Shown one piece after another: positions 11,805-23,693 of a stretch of 64,000 nucleotides of DNA. The stretch is from the NCBI RefSeq assembly GCF_006345805.1, contig NC_043008.1, forward strand, positions 17,422,001 to 17,486,000, in the 5' to 3' direction. Origin of the DNA: Octopus sinensis. Its lineage: Eukaryota. Both the position numbers and the translations under genes were made by a program. Positions within the stretch are counted from its first letter, which is position 1; the number at the start of each line of letters is the position of its first letter. The notes beneath the pieces are model-generated. The model had not been told where the DNA came from. It did no database searches and was given only the letters and a program-made list of their open reading frames with translations.

Positions 11805-12437
11805 GCACATAAGCGCCCCATAAGCGGTATTTCGTCTGCCGTTACGTTCTGAGTTCAAATTCCGCCGAGGTCGACTTCGCCTATCGGGGTCGATAAATTA
11901 AGTACCAGTTACGCATTGGGGTCGATGTAATCGACTTAATCCATTTGTGTGTCCTTGTTTGTCCTCTCTGTGTTTAGCCTCTTGTGGGTAGTAAAGAAAT
12001 AGGTATTTCGTCTGCCGTTATGTTCTGAGTTCAAATTCCACCGAGGTCGACTTTGCTTTTCATCCTTTCGGGGTCGATAAATTAAGTACCAGTTACGCAC
12101 TGGGGTCGATATAATCGACTTAATCCGTTTGTCTGTCCTTGTTTGTCCTCTCTGTATTTAGCGCCCTGTGGTTAGTAAAGAAATAGGTATTTCGTCTGCC
12201 GTTATGTTCTGAGTTCAAATTCCACCGAGGTCGACTTTGCTTTTCATCCTTTCGGGGTCGATAAATTAAGTACCAGTTACGCACTGGGGTCGATATAATC
12301 GACTTAATCCGTTTGTCTGTCCTTGTTTGTCCTCTCTGTATTTAGCGCCCTGTGGTTAGTAAAGAAATAGGTATTTCGTCTGCCGTTATGTTCTGAGTTC
12401 AAATTCCGCCGAGGTCGACTTTGCCTTTCATCCTTAT
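11805..12437 (+). repeat. SINE type A expanded into a tandem array of ~184 bp body units (about 3.4 units)
   Basis: GGTATTTCGTCTGCCG recurs at 11826, 12002, 12186 and 12370; units 2 and 3 are nearly identical. Confidence 0.9.
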
Positions 12438-13005
12438 CGAAGAAATGGCATATGAATGGATGTTGAACGTGCACAGGTTGGATGGGATATTTGTGAGCAA
12501 GACGTGTTTGTGTTGATGGCAACGGCTGCAAAATACTTAAAGCAATTAAAGTGACACAGGAAAATACAATTTCAGCAGGATTGACTTTAAGAAAGTAATA
12601 CGGGAGGTTATTCTCGAAAGAAAAAAGATTCAATGTCTTGTCGAATGTTTTTGTTAATGGTTATCTCTCTTATGTTTGAGGTATTGCAAGAGGATCCAAT
12701 GATTAGTTATCTGGCAGAATCTATTCGGAATGAGACTCATGGTAGCATGACTTGGACGTCAAACGTCACGAAACATCCCTGAGAGAGAGAAAGGGAAAGG
12801 AAGAAAACAGGATAAGAAAGAACGAAAGAGAGGGAGAGCGAGGGAGAGAAGGAAAAATAGAAAGAAATAAAGAGAGAAAAAACAAAGAAAGAAAGGGATT
12901 CGTGAAAATACGATTAAAATCCTGAGAATGTAAGGAATGGAATAGGTAAAACACGGACTACAATCGTTTCATAAAAAAGCAATGCTTGTATGCGAACGCA
13001 CACAA

Positions 13006-13051
<46 letters not shown>

Positions 13052-13109
13052 ACATACACACACACACACAAGAGCACACACATACACAGGCAGATAGATA
13101 GATAGATAA

Positions 13110-13615
13110 GTTTCTTTATTGGCCACACAGGGCTGCACACAGATGGGACAAGTTACAAGGTAGAGCTTTTCTTTTGGGGGATGAAAAAAAGGGGGTGGCG
13201 TAGGTTTTCGATCAAGAGGGATCGTAAAAGGGAAGAAAAGAACAAAAAAAAATAATAAAAAGAAAAAATAGAATAAAAAATAAAAAGAATAAAAGAAAAA
13301 AAAGAAAGGGAAAGGAACAAAAGAAAGGTGAAATGAAAAAAGAAGAAAAAGGGTAAAAAAAGGGGAAGAGGAAAGAAAAAAGGAACGATCAATAGGGATC
13401 GTGTATCACAGTGTTATGATATCTGGTGTAAAGGGAAAAGCAATTAAGGTTTATCCGTGGGAAGAAAAGCCTACGAAAAAGACCACGGTAACCTTGGTCA
13501 ATATTGTTATATGTTACCACATTTGTTTGCAAGTGGGTAACCCTCTGTTTTCAATTTCTGGGTTCATAGGATTATGCTCAAGGTGGCTTCGTCATTCATA
13601 CGTGCCATCCTTGCT
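13110..13615 (-). mobile_element. 5'-truncated L1/Tx1-like LINE 3' end inserted in (GATA)n
   Basis: The minus strand has a terminal peptide ARMARMNDEATLSIIL*, a pyrimidine-rich 3' UTR, and AATAAA (13115-13120) just before the end. (GATA)n lies on both sides (13092-13108 and 13616-13718). The clade call is from recalled similarity only. Confidence 0.55.
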
Positions 13616-13620
13616 AGATT

Positions 13621-13700
<80 letters not shown>

Positions 13701-14889
13701 TATAGATAGATAGATAGACAAACATTAAGAGAACGATAGATACATACATATAAATACATAAACACGAATGCAGTTATGCTTGCATAAATACTTATGCAGA
13801 CATCTATGTGTGCGTACACACTGATACAGCTAGATATAGACATAAGTACACAAATATATACGTATGTTTGTGCGTAAGTGAGTGAGTGAGTGAGTGAGTG
13901 AGTGAGTGAGTAAGTGTAGGACATGGACCTGCCTTAAGTTTTGTATTATTTATCGTTATTAGATGTGTTTTTGTTTGCTTTTTGACTTGACTCAAATATT
14001 TTTGCAAATATCATATAAATAATAATCCGAGAGTATCAAAAACAAAAAGTAGCACAAGCAAAGACTGAACTCACAATGTTTCCATATATATACATAGAGA
14101 AAGAGAGAGAGTAGACCATAATGAAATGCTAGTTGTTGCCAAGTCTTCGAATCCACCACAGTTCTAGCATGGTTAACGTATACATTCGGATCGATAGGAA
14201 TGTATAAAGTATATCAGTTGCTCGTTAGACATTTAAATTAATCTCTTACACACCATCTGTTCGCAATGGTCGGAATTTGGAGGAGGAAAAAAGCCTACAG
14301 ATCTTATACGACGTTGTTAGAATGACTGTTTTAACTTTCTTTACTGAATTACTAAACAGATCATTAAGTTAATCTCAGAAATGCTATCACTTCCGACAAT
14401 CGAACAGCTGAAATGAAGCGGCTAGTACAACTTCAGTGAAACCGTTCATTTTCGCGGCGAAATTCTTTGAACATCTTCGAATGTATATACAATCGCAAGA
14501 CACTTTGATGTTCGGATTGTTTGTCTGCTACACAGAGAAAATTATATCTTTCTGAAATTCATTGATTCATCGTGATATTTAGAAAAGTACCGGTATCATA
14601 GCTGCGTACACAAACATTACATATACGTTCGGTTAACAAATATACGCGTGCGGTTTTCACAGTTAACGTTTCTGTACCTATTTCTGTATACATAAGACTA
14701 TTTGGACACCCACGTATTTTACACATAGACAAGAATGTGTGTGTGTGTGTTGTGAGGGCGTGCGTGTGTGTGTGTGTGTGTGAATACGTACGGGTATGTG
14801 TGTGTTTGTAAAAAGAGAAACAGCGGGGAAGGTACATGGTCAAATAGAGAGGTAGACAGATAAATAGATGGATTAATAGTTCGTTAGAC

Positions 14890-14898
14890 AGATAGGTT

Positions 14899-14948
<50 letters not shown>

Positions 14949-14981
14949 ACGGTAGATAGATAGACAGATAGATAGATAGAC

Positions 14982-15059
<78 letters not shown>

Positions 15060-15104
15060 ATAGATAGACAGACAGACAGACAGACATATAGATAGATACA
15101 TACA

Positions 15105-15164
<60 letters not shown>

Positions 15165-15180
15165 TACATACATACATACA
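14890..15180. repeat. Compound (GATA)n/(GACA)n/(CATA)n microsatellite
   Basis: Directly visible. Confidence 0.95.
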
Positions 15181-15569
15181 TATACATATGTTTTACTAGT
15201 AAACATTCTCTCTTTCTAGAACGTATCCGAAAATAGCTCGGCAAATTTCGATAGGTTATTGCCGATATATTAAGCCTATCAAATCAATTCGTCCCTGTGA
15301 AAGAGGAAGCACTCTAGAGCTAACTGTGAAAATACTAAAAGTAACAGACGTCCATTTTAACTCACTTGGATATCAACATATTCACTGTCATTTTCTATTA
15401 TATAGCCGAAGTACAGACACAGCGTTCGCTTGAATAAATTATAATTTCATAAGCATACGTACAGTCGGTATTAAGCTCCTTAATGGATATTTGTACGAAC
15501 ATACACACATGCACACACACACGCATACACACACACATGAACGCACACACATACACACACAGAGACAAA

Positions 15570-16055
15570 GACGTGGCTGTGAGGTAAGAGGTTTGCTTCT
15601 CAACCTCATGACTCCGTGTTCAGGCCCACGGTGTAGCACATGGGCAAGTGTTTCTACTGTTGCCTCGGAATGACCACATCCTTGTCCGTGGATTTGTTAG
15701 AAGGAAACTAAAAGAAGCCTATCTTATATAAATACACACACATACACACACATATAGTGGGTCTGTATTTGTATGTGTGTGTGCGTGTGTGTGTGTAGGT
15801 GTGTGTAGGTGTGTGTGTGTCTGTGATTGTGTGTATGTGTGTGTGCATGCGCGTGTATGTGTGTGTCATCACGTCTGTGTTTGCCCACTACACCACCCGC
15901 TTGATTTGTTTATATTTTGGTTTGTTTATATTGTAATCAAAAGAGACATAGGATAATTTCTAGGCTTTAAAAAATCAAGTAATGCGGTCAATTTTTCGAA
16001 TAAACCTTTTAATGTGGTACCCCAGCATGGCCACCGTCCAATGACTGAAACAAAA
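15570..16055 (+). mobile_element. SINE type B, old diverged copy with expanded internal microsatellite
   Basis: GTGGCTGTGAGGTAAGAGG head, GTGGATTTGTTAGAAGGAAACT body, CCCAGCATGGCCACCGTCCAATGACTGAAAC tail. Confidence 0.7.
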
Positions 16056-16063
16056 GATATATG

Positions 16064-16120
<57 letters not shown>

Positions 16121-16129
16121 GTGTGTATG

Positions 16130-17300
16130 TTAGGTCCTCCCACAAATAATACGCTTTTTATATACATCTTTTATTTCTCAAAAATTAAGATAAACAAAGT
16201 TCTTTTTAATCTAAAATATATTCACCTTCATTATGTACAGTGCTCTTCTATCTAGTAGACTTGCAAGGAACCTCTTCCAAAATTCACTTGGCCGCGAGGA
16301 AAATTTCTTCTCTTGTACTGTTCTGACCTCGTCTATAGAATTCATGTTTTCTCGGTCCAAATTATCTTGAAAACTGCGGAATAAATGATAATCAAGTGGG
16401 ACAATGTCCGGCGAATATGGTGGGTGGGACATCGTTTACCATTCAAACTGCTCCGGCCTTACGAATGTCATCCTCTCTGTATGTGGCCGAGCATTATCCT
16501 GATGGAAGAACACTTTTCGTCTTAAAAACAAAGATGGTCATTTTCTTGTAGTGCTGACTTAAGCCTCTAAAGCTGCTCGCAGTAGATTTCCTTACTTATC
16601 TCTTGATTTGGGTGTAAAATTTCAAAGTGGACGAAACCTTTCCTATCCCACCAAACAGATAACAACTTACGTGGGTGAAGACCTTCTTTGGCCTGGGGTG
16701 CCAATGTTTTTCCTTTCTTTACCCACCTCCTTCGGCGCTTGACATTGTTAGAGAGAACCCGTCTCTCATCACCAGTCTCTATGCGACCCCAAAAATGTTC
16801 ATTTGTGAGATGTAACAGCAAAGGAGAGCACGGTTAGACTAGCTAAGTCTGTAACAAACCCAATGACCCAATTTGCTGGCTTTTCCGATGGCATGTAGTG
16901 TTCGAGTATTGGTTGAATGACCAGATCCAAACTTCTCTGCTAGTTCCCCAGCCGTTACAGTGGGGTTTTAGTCCACCAGGATTTGCAGGACGTCCTCATC
17001 GAGCTTTGCAGGTTTTCCACGACGAGGTCCATAGTTCCGGCTCAGAATTTTTGGAACCACCGTTGAGACTGGCTTATGTCTATTGTCCGATCCCCATTTA
17101 TTGCATTCATATTCCTTACACTTGCCTTTGTGTTACCTTTATTGAACTCACACAGCAAAATATGCCGAATATGTTCCCTTGTCGTTTCCATTATAGCTTT
17201 GAAAAATAACTGTTAAACTCGAACTGCACTCTTCAAAACTTGCACTAAGAATAAGTCAAGGTAAAATTACTTCTTGCTTTTGTAGTAAGTTGATGCAGGT
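16130..17300 (-). mobile_element. Decayed mariner transposon with transposase pseudogene
   Basis: Minus-strand peptides: METTREHIRHILLCEFNKG (N-terminus), TGDERRVL...LHPRKLLSVWWDRKG, QDNARPH, and HPPYSPDIVPLDYHLFRS. It has multiple stops and frameshifts; ends are approximate because TIRs were not resolved. Confidence 0.9.
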
Positions 17301-17371
17301 AGTTTATCCCGTCCCCCTCCGATTTTTACTTCATGCATTGAAAACATCACATTATATATAATACATATTCA

Positions 17372-17745
17372 GGGCAGGGAACTGGCAGAATCGTTAGCAA
17401 GCCGGGCGAAATACTTAGCGGTATTTCGTCTGCCGCTACGTTCTGAGTTCAAATTCCGCTGACGTCGGCTTTGCCTTTCGTCCTTTCGGGGTTGATTAAA
17501 TAAGTACCAGTTACGCACTGGGGTCGATATAATCGACTTAATCCGTTTGTCTGTCCTTGTTTGTCCCCTCTGTGTTTAGCCCCTTGTGGGTAGTAAAGAA
17601 ATAGGTATTTCGTCTGCCGTTACGTTCTGAGTTCAAATTTCACCAAGGTCGACTTTGCCTTTCATCCTCTCGGGGTCGATAAAATTAGTACCGGTTACGC
17701 ACTGCGATCGATGTAATGGACTTAATCTCTTACCCTAAATTTGAG
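17372..17745 (+). mobile_element. SINE type A, two body units
   Basis: Head GAACTGGCAGAATCGTTAGC; the body restarts at GGTATTTCGTCTGCCG near 17564. Confidence 0.85.
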
Positions 17746-18542
17746 GTTTTTTGCTTCCACTAGAGAGGATTATTTATGGAATATACAATATATATGTATG
17801 CATACATACACACGTATCAGAAATCGGTCCGCTGATTTCTATATCACTTGCATAAACGTGCACAAGGACACTTACACACAAACACAACACACACACATAT
17901 ACATATATACACATGTGTGTGTGAGAGAGAGAGTGTGGGTGAGGGGATGTGTGTATATTGAAGAGCAAGCATTTTCAAATCACTCTCATTTTTAAAGATC
18001 AAATATAATTCCTTTGAACTATCTCAGTACATGCAGAACATATGTAACCGAAGCAGCAGCCATCTTCATCAATGGATGAATAGAAGATGCTTGTTCTGAG
18101 AGACAGTAAAATATACAACCCACATGCAACTGATTCAGATACAGAACAAAAAGTAAAAGGACAAACGACACAAGGAAGTACTATAGCAAGCAAGAATCGC
18201 TTAAAAAGCAAAATTCTAATTAGAGATACGATAATAATCCACGACATGTAACGGGATAAGAAATGATACTGAAAACGATTATAATAGTATCATGCGTCAT
18301 ATGGTCACTGTCAAATTGAATTGATTAAAGCAGTGGGTAACCGGTGAGGTAATCTACGTCAAGGTGATAACCATCCTCAAAGCAACTACCGTCTGTTGAC
18401 AAGAGAATAGAAAAACGGACGAACGATTACGACATTAGAAACCTAGAATTTCTAAGAGTTGCCTTGAAAAGCGCCCTAGAGAGGAAAAATTCGGTGAACG
18501 GATGTAAAGCCTTTGATTAGTAGAAACATGTGCGCATTCGTA

Positions 18543-18603
<61 letters not shown>

Positions 18604-18648
18604 ATTGTGTGTATGAAACAAACACACAGATAGACAGATGGATAGATG

Positions 18649-18679
<31 letters not shown>

Positions 18680-19131
18680 ATAGGTAGATAGATAGATCGA
18701 TCGATGGATAGATAGATAGAGAGAGAGAGATAGGTAGATAGATAGATATATAGATAGATTGATAGATAGATAGATAGATAGATAGAGGGGAGATGGGAAG
18801 AGATACAGAGAAATATCGATAGATACTGATATGTTTACTATGAAAATGTCTTCTTCTAGATACTCTATACTTGATAAGGAATATACTGGGCATTTATAGA
18901 ATATATTTGATCAGTGCTTCATTGAATAGAAAATCCAGTCACGCTTTGATTTACATTACAATAACTCACAAATTGACATTTAGAAGTTATTTAATTGCTC
19001 ATGTATTAATTTCTACATCTTTATTAATTTGACATTTCCATTTAAAACCTCATATATTGGATGCATCTTAGAATTACGAAGTATTAGATTTCAAATCCTT
19101 ATCTAATATTTCGATTAACTAAAATATTAAA

Positions 19132-19393
19132 TACGAGAGTGTGCTGAAACCTTTCTGGTATTACGAACATTGCGAAAGGCCTAGTTAGACTCCCAGCGTT
19201 TGGAGTTCTATTAATTTGGGCTTAGAAAAAACTTTAGGGTTTTTTTTTTTTGTAAATTTTAGTAAAACTGAAGGACTGTTATAATAAGTGTGTGAATCTA
19301 AGAGGGGAATATGGTGAATAAAATCATATTTAACTGATCCCCCTGTATTTTGTTTTTACCAAAGCCATATTTTCAGCAGCTCCATCCCACGTA
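19132..19393 (-). mobile_element. Mariner-type MITE, older copy, inverted relative to 19825-20034
   Basis: It starts TACGAGAGTGTGCTGAAA and ends ...CCCACGTA. The internal GAGGGGAATATGGTGAATAAAATC...AACTGATCC is the reverse complement of 19877-19915. Confidence 0.7.
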
Positions 19394-19510
19394 TATGCTT
19401 AAAACTTAAAATGTAGCAATAATCTGTAAGTTAAACTCTGATCATTTTCATTTGGTCTCTTTAAATGCTGGCTCATTTTTTTATACGTATTAATATACGT
19501 ATATGTACGT

Positions 19511-19573
<63 letters not shown>

Positions 19574-19727
19574 TGTGTCTCTGTGAATGAGTTAGAGTGC
19601 GCAATACTCCTCGCCGTCCATCTATGGCCGGGTCAACGAAGATCAGTTCTTTTCATCATGCATGCATTTGAGACGTCAATTTTGGAAACTGAACAATCGC
19701 AGATGAAACAAATGTGTGTGTGTGTTT

Positions 19728-19765
<38 letters not shown>

Positions 19766-19824
19766 CTGTGTGTGTGCGTGAGTGTGTATGTGTGTGTATG
19801 TGTGTGTGTGATTCCTGGCATGTA

Positions 19825-20034
19825 TACGATGGAGTGCTGAGAAGTTCCTGGCTCTGAGTAAAAGAAAATAAAGGAGAATCAGTTAATGATGAATTTATTC
19901 AACATATTCCCTTTCAGATCCACACACTTATTGCACCGTTCCTATAAGTCCTATCAAAGAACTCGGAAGATTTGGCCTCCCCCAGGCCCTTCGCGATACC
20001 GTTAAAGCCAGTAAATTTTCAGTCTCCCCTCGTA
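19825..20034 (+). mobile_element. Mariner-type MITE (~210 bp)
   Basis: Imperfect TIRs TACGATGGAGTGCTGAGAAGTTCCTGGCT / AGCCAGTAAATTTTCAGTCTCCCCTCGTA, with TA on both flanks. Confidence 0.8.
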
Positions 20035-20132
20035 TATTTGTGAGATATTAAAGCGTCTACCAAACCCACTCACAATTCCTTGGTGGTCCCAGGACTTAGA
20101 TAAAACCTATCACGCATTGGTATTGAACCCAA

Positions 20133-20360
20133 GGCGGCGAGCTGGCAGAAACGGTAGCACGTCGGGCGAAATGCTTAGCGGTATTTGGTCTGCGTTACGT
20201 TGTGAGTTCAAATTCCGCCGAGGTCGACTTTGCCTTTCATCCTTTCGGGGTCGATAAATTGAGTACCAGTTACGCACTGGGGTCGATGTAATCGACTTAA
20301 TACCTATGTCTGTCCTTGTTTGTTCCCTTTATTACCCCTTGTGGGTAATAAAGAAATAGA
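20133..20360 (+). mobile_element. SINE type A inserted into a SINE type B fragment
   Basis: The intact head AGGCGGCGAGCTGGCAG follows ATTGAACCCA, and the B-like sequence resumes with TATTGAACCCA at about 20361, which may be a target duplication. Confidence 0.8.
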
Positions 20361-21499
20361 TATTGAACCCAACATTAAGAGGTAACAAGCAAGCTTCTTA
20401 ACTACAAAGCTATACCTGTGTCTATATATGTATGTGTGTGTATGCATTCTTCTTGCTTTATCAATACATGTATTAAATTTCGAGGTATGTATAGTCTCTA
20501 AACTATATACATACCACATACATATACAGACACATATATATATATATATATACAACCTCGTCTTTATATTATATATACTAATTGATTGTCATTTTCATAA
20601 ATTTGTGAACGCGCAACTTCGGTAGTAGCGGCAAGCAAGAACTGATTATCTCTTGCACCGTCTAAACGCTCGGTTGAATTCTCCGTGATGCTTTGTTGTT
20701 TTAGAAATCATCAAAGAGTTTTATCGACTGAAGATTCTCCAATGTTCTAAGAAACTATAACATCATTATCTGAAAACCAGCTTCTGAATCGTATAATTTG
20801 GTTTTCTGCAAATCCAAATACTTATACATCTAGAATAGCATGATTTAATTGACATCATTCAAGAGTATAAACTACTTACTTACAAACCAAGACGAAGTTT
20901 AAAAATATAATTTACAAGGTGTTTCATATAAATTCAAATTTTCTTTAGAAGTATGCAATGCAAAAGTCTATAAGTTTTGCAAAAGACTACGAGTGAAAAG
21001 GTCTCATTAACCTAGATTGTACTATAAGTTTAAATTGTAAATACGTGTGTTCAATATACGCATATATATGTATGGTATGTGTGTGTGTATATATATATAT
21101 ATACATACATATATGCATATATATATATGTGTGTATACACATACACACATATATAGATAAATGTATGTGTGTATATATACATATATATGATTTTTTTGCG
21201 TAATGAAATAAAAAACAAGCCTGAATAGATATTAGGCAAATTCATATATACACACGCTGATATAGAACCAACGTTAAACCCTTTATTCGCAATATTACCG
21301 AAACTGGAACTTAACTATGGTCTGTCTATAGCACTTATTCAGCATTACCTGACACCTTTGGGTTTCAATGACACCATTATCTCATATATATATTTTACTC
21401 AAGAAATGAAGAGGCATGCTGTTATTGTCGTTGTAAATGCTGAGCATAGCAATTTAGAAATATCACAACTTTTAAAAGTTGCTAAATCTTTAGTCTAAG

Positions 21500-22106
21500 T
21501 TTGTAAGGAGCTAGAGACTGAAGAGAGGAATGCATCACCAGACGAAAAACCACATTGGAAACAGTGCGGAAAATGGGGGCTGGAGAGAGGCAAGACTTTG
21601 CATAAGCTCAGACCGCAGTAGTGTGACAGAGTCGGAAACAAGCAAAATCCTCTGGGATTTCCCAATCCAAATACATCAGATGCTAGAGAATAACAGACTG
21701 GACCTAGTGATGGAGAAAAAGTTGTCCTACATATGCTATATAGTAGATATTGCATGCCCCTTTGGCCCAGTAAAGTCAAGAAGGAAGATGAAATGATAGA
21801 TAGATACAAACCTATTAAGTACGAAATAGACCGCCTATGGAAAATGAAGAAGGTGGAAGATATTGCCAATTATTATTAGGTCATTTGGAACAGTATCAGA
21901 AGACATCAAGTGGAATTTAAAGGAAATTAGAATATAGTGCCCAGTTAACGGAGCATTGGGTTTAATACCACTCAATCTATAAAAAATACCCAACAATCTA
22001 CCGTTTGTCTGAGGTCCTTGTTGAGACATGACATATAGTTCAAACACCTGGTAGGCATGATATCTGCAATCAACAACCTCACGACATTGTATGCTGTGCG
22101 ACGTCT
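21500..22106 (+). mobile_element. 5'-truncated R4/Dong-like LINE 3' fragment ending in (TAA)n
   Basis: Peptides HWKQCGKWGLE, KILWDFPIQ...NNRLDLV...CYIVDIACPF and RYKPIKYEIDRLWKMKKV belong to the RLE domain. (TAA)n follows directly (22107-22196). Confidence 0.85.
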
Positions 22107-22138
22107 ATAATAATAATAATGATAATAATAATGATAAA

Positions 22139-22169
<31 letters not shown>

Positions 22170-23097
22170 TAATAATAATAATAATAATAATAATAAGGCG
22201 GCTGGACGTGACAGAGGATGGACGTATTTTTACGATGCTCTGAACTGGCAACAGCGAACCCAGCAGGTCAACTGTAGAAAACTGGAAGATCTACTGTTTT
22301 CTGTAAGTAATTTGAATTACCCTCAAAATAAGTAAAAAAAAAAACTTACATATCTACAGCTCATACAAACGTACACCTAACAAGAAAAATTAGAAACATA
22401 CATATCTCCAATTCTGTGTGAACATTTACATTTAGTCGTCTCTCATGACTATAAGAATGTGTAAAATTGCCTTTTAAATTACCTTTTATTGTAACAACAC
22501 AATTAAATGCACGATAAAAAGTTATGGAATTAAGCACCTACTACTATATACATACAACTGAATTCAGAAATTTAAAAATATATACATAACATTGAACTCA
22601 GAAAGTTATTTAAAAAAAGAAAAAAAAAATCTTCGACGAAAACATCAGATAATATGTGTGAGTGAATATACATATATATACATATACATATGCATGTGGT
22701 GAAGAAGAAAAGAGAAAGGAAAAAAAAAAAAAATAAATAAATAAACGTAAACAGGTTTGACCTTTTACTGACCATTAACGTCCTTTGTCTCCACCATCTA
22801 CCGTGGCTATTTATAGACCCAAAGAACATGAATTCTTTAACCACCCATTCTCCAACACAATGGAGTGTTGATGGTGGCTGTGGCTACACATTGAAGATGA
22901 TGATGGTGATGGTGATGTTGCTGATGATGGTGATGGTGGTGAAGATGATAGTAATAACAATAATAACTGACAGATCCCGTCTTTTTCCCTTTCTTTTCGT
23001 TTCCTTCTCCGTATTTTATTCTCATTATTTCGAACTAATACAGACACAGTAAGCCTTGAAGAAAGGAAGAGGAGGAAAGGAGGGAAAAAAAAAAAAA

Positions 23098-23634
23098 ATG
23101 TCCGGAGATAAAACTATCAACAAAAAAAATACAGACGAATATAGATCTGCTAGTCTTAAGAAGCGGCGCTATGAGCAATGCTTACATGTAGTGAACCCTA
23201 AACTGACAGAGCCATCTCCTAATATAAGAATGGATGCTCGTCATGCTTCAAGGTCAACAAATCAAACAATAAACCGCATTGGTCATTGCGCGGATTACAA
23301 AAGACCACGTACCCGAAAATTGAACCAAATCCTGATTGAAAAATCAGTTACTGGATCAAATCTTCCCAACACACAGGAGCTGGACGAACCCCACAACCGG
23401 AATATTCCAACAGATGGCCATCCATGCTCATCACCAAATAATCAAAAGAAAAAGAAGGAAAAATGGTCTAGGGAAGATAATAAAGAAGTTCTTGAGGCCT
23501 TCTACCATGCCATATATTTCCCCACAGATAAGTCTAGCACTGTACAAGCATACTTAAACTGGAGACAGAAACACCCTGAAGTAAGACCCTACATAGACAG
23601 TAACAAGCTTGCCAATGTTAGAGAAACATTATAA
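23098..23634 (+). CDS. LINE polyprotein part 1: N-terminus with Myb-like DNA-binding domain
   Basis: KEKWSREDNKEVLEAFYHA...AYLNWRQKHPEVRPYIDSNKLANVR fits the R4-clade Myb-like motif. Restoring one base near 23620-23626 continues as RNIIKKKLLTEVEIDQVRQAISDKMN into part 2. Confidence 0.75.
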   Translation: MSGDKTINKKNTDEYRSASLKKRRYEQCLHVVNPKLTEPSPNIRMDARHASRSTNQTINRIGHCADYKRPRTRKLNQILIEKSVTGSNLPNTQELDEPHNRNIPTDGHPCSSPNNQKKKKEKWSREDNKEVLEAFYHAIYFPTDKSSTVQAYLNWRQKHPEVRPYIDSNKLANVRETL

Positions 23635-23693
23635 AAAAGAAATTACTGACTGAAGTAGAGATTGATCAGGTTAGACAAGCAATATCGGATAAA

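Noticed and set aside
11805-12437. CRISPR-like or satellite array
   Set aside because: The units are contiguous 184 bp SINE bodies without unique spacers, in a eukaryotic context with no cas genes.
22197-22302. Canonical HDV-like ribozyme call
   Set aside because: No P1/P1' pairing followed by P1.1 could be fitted; it is kept only as an unclassified structured candidate.
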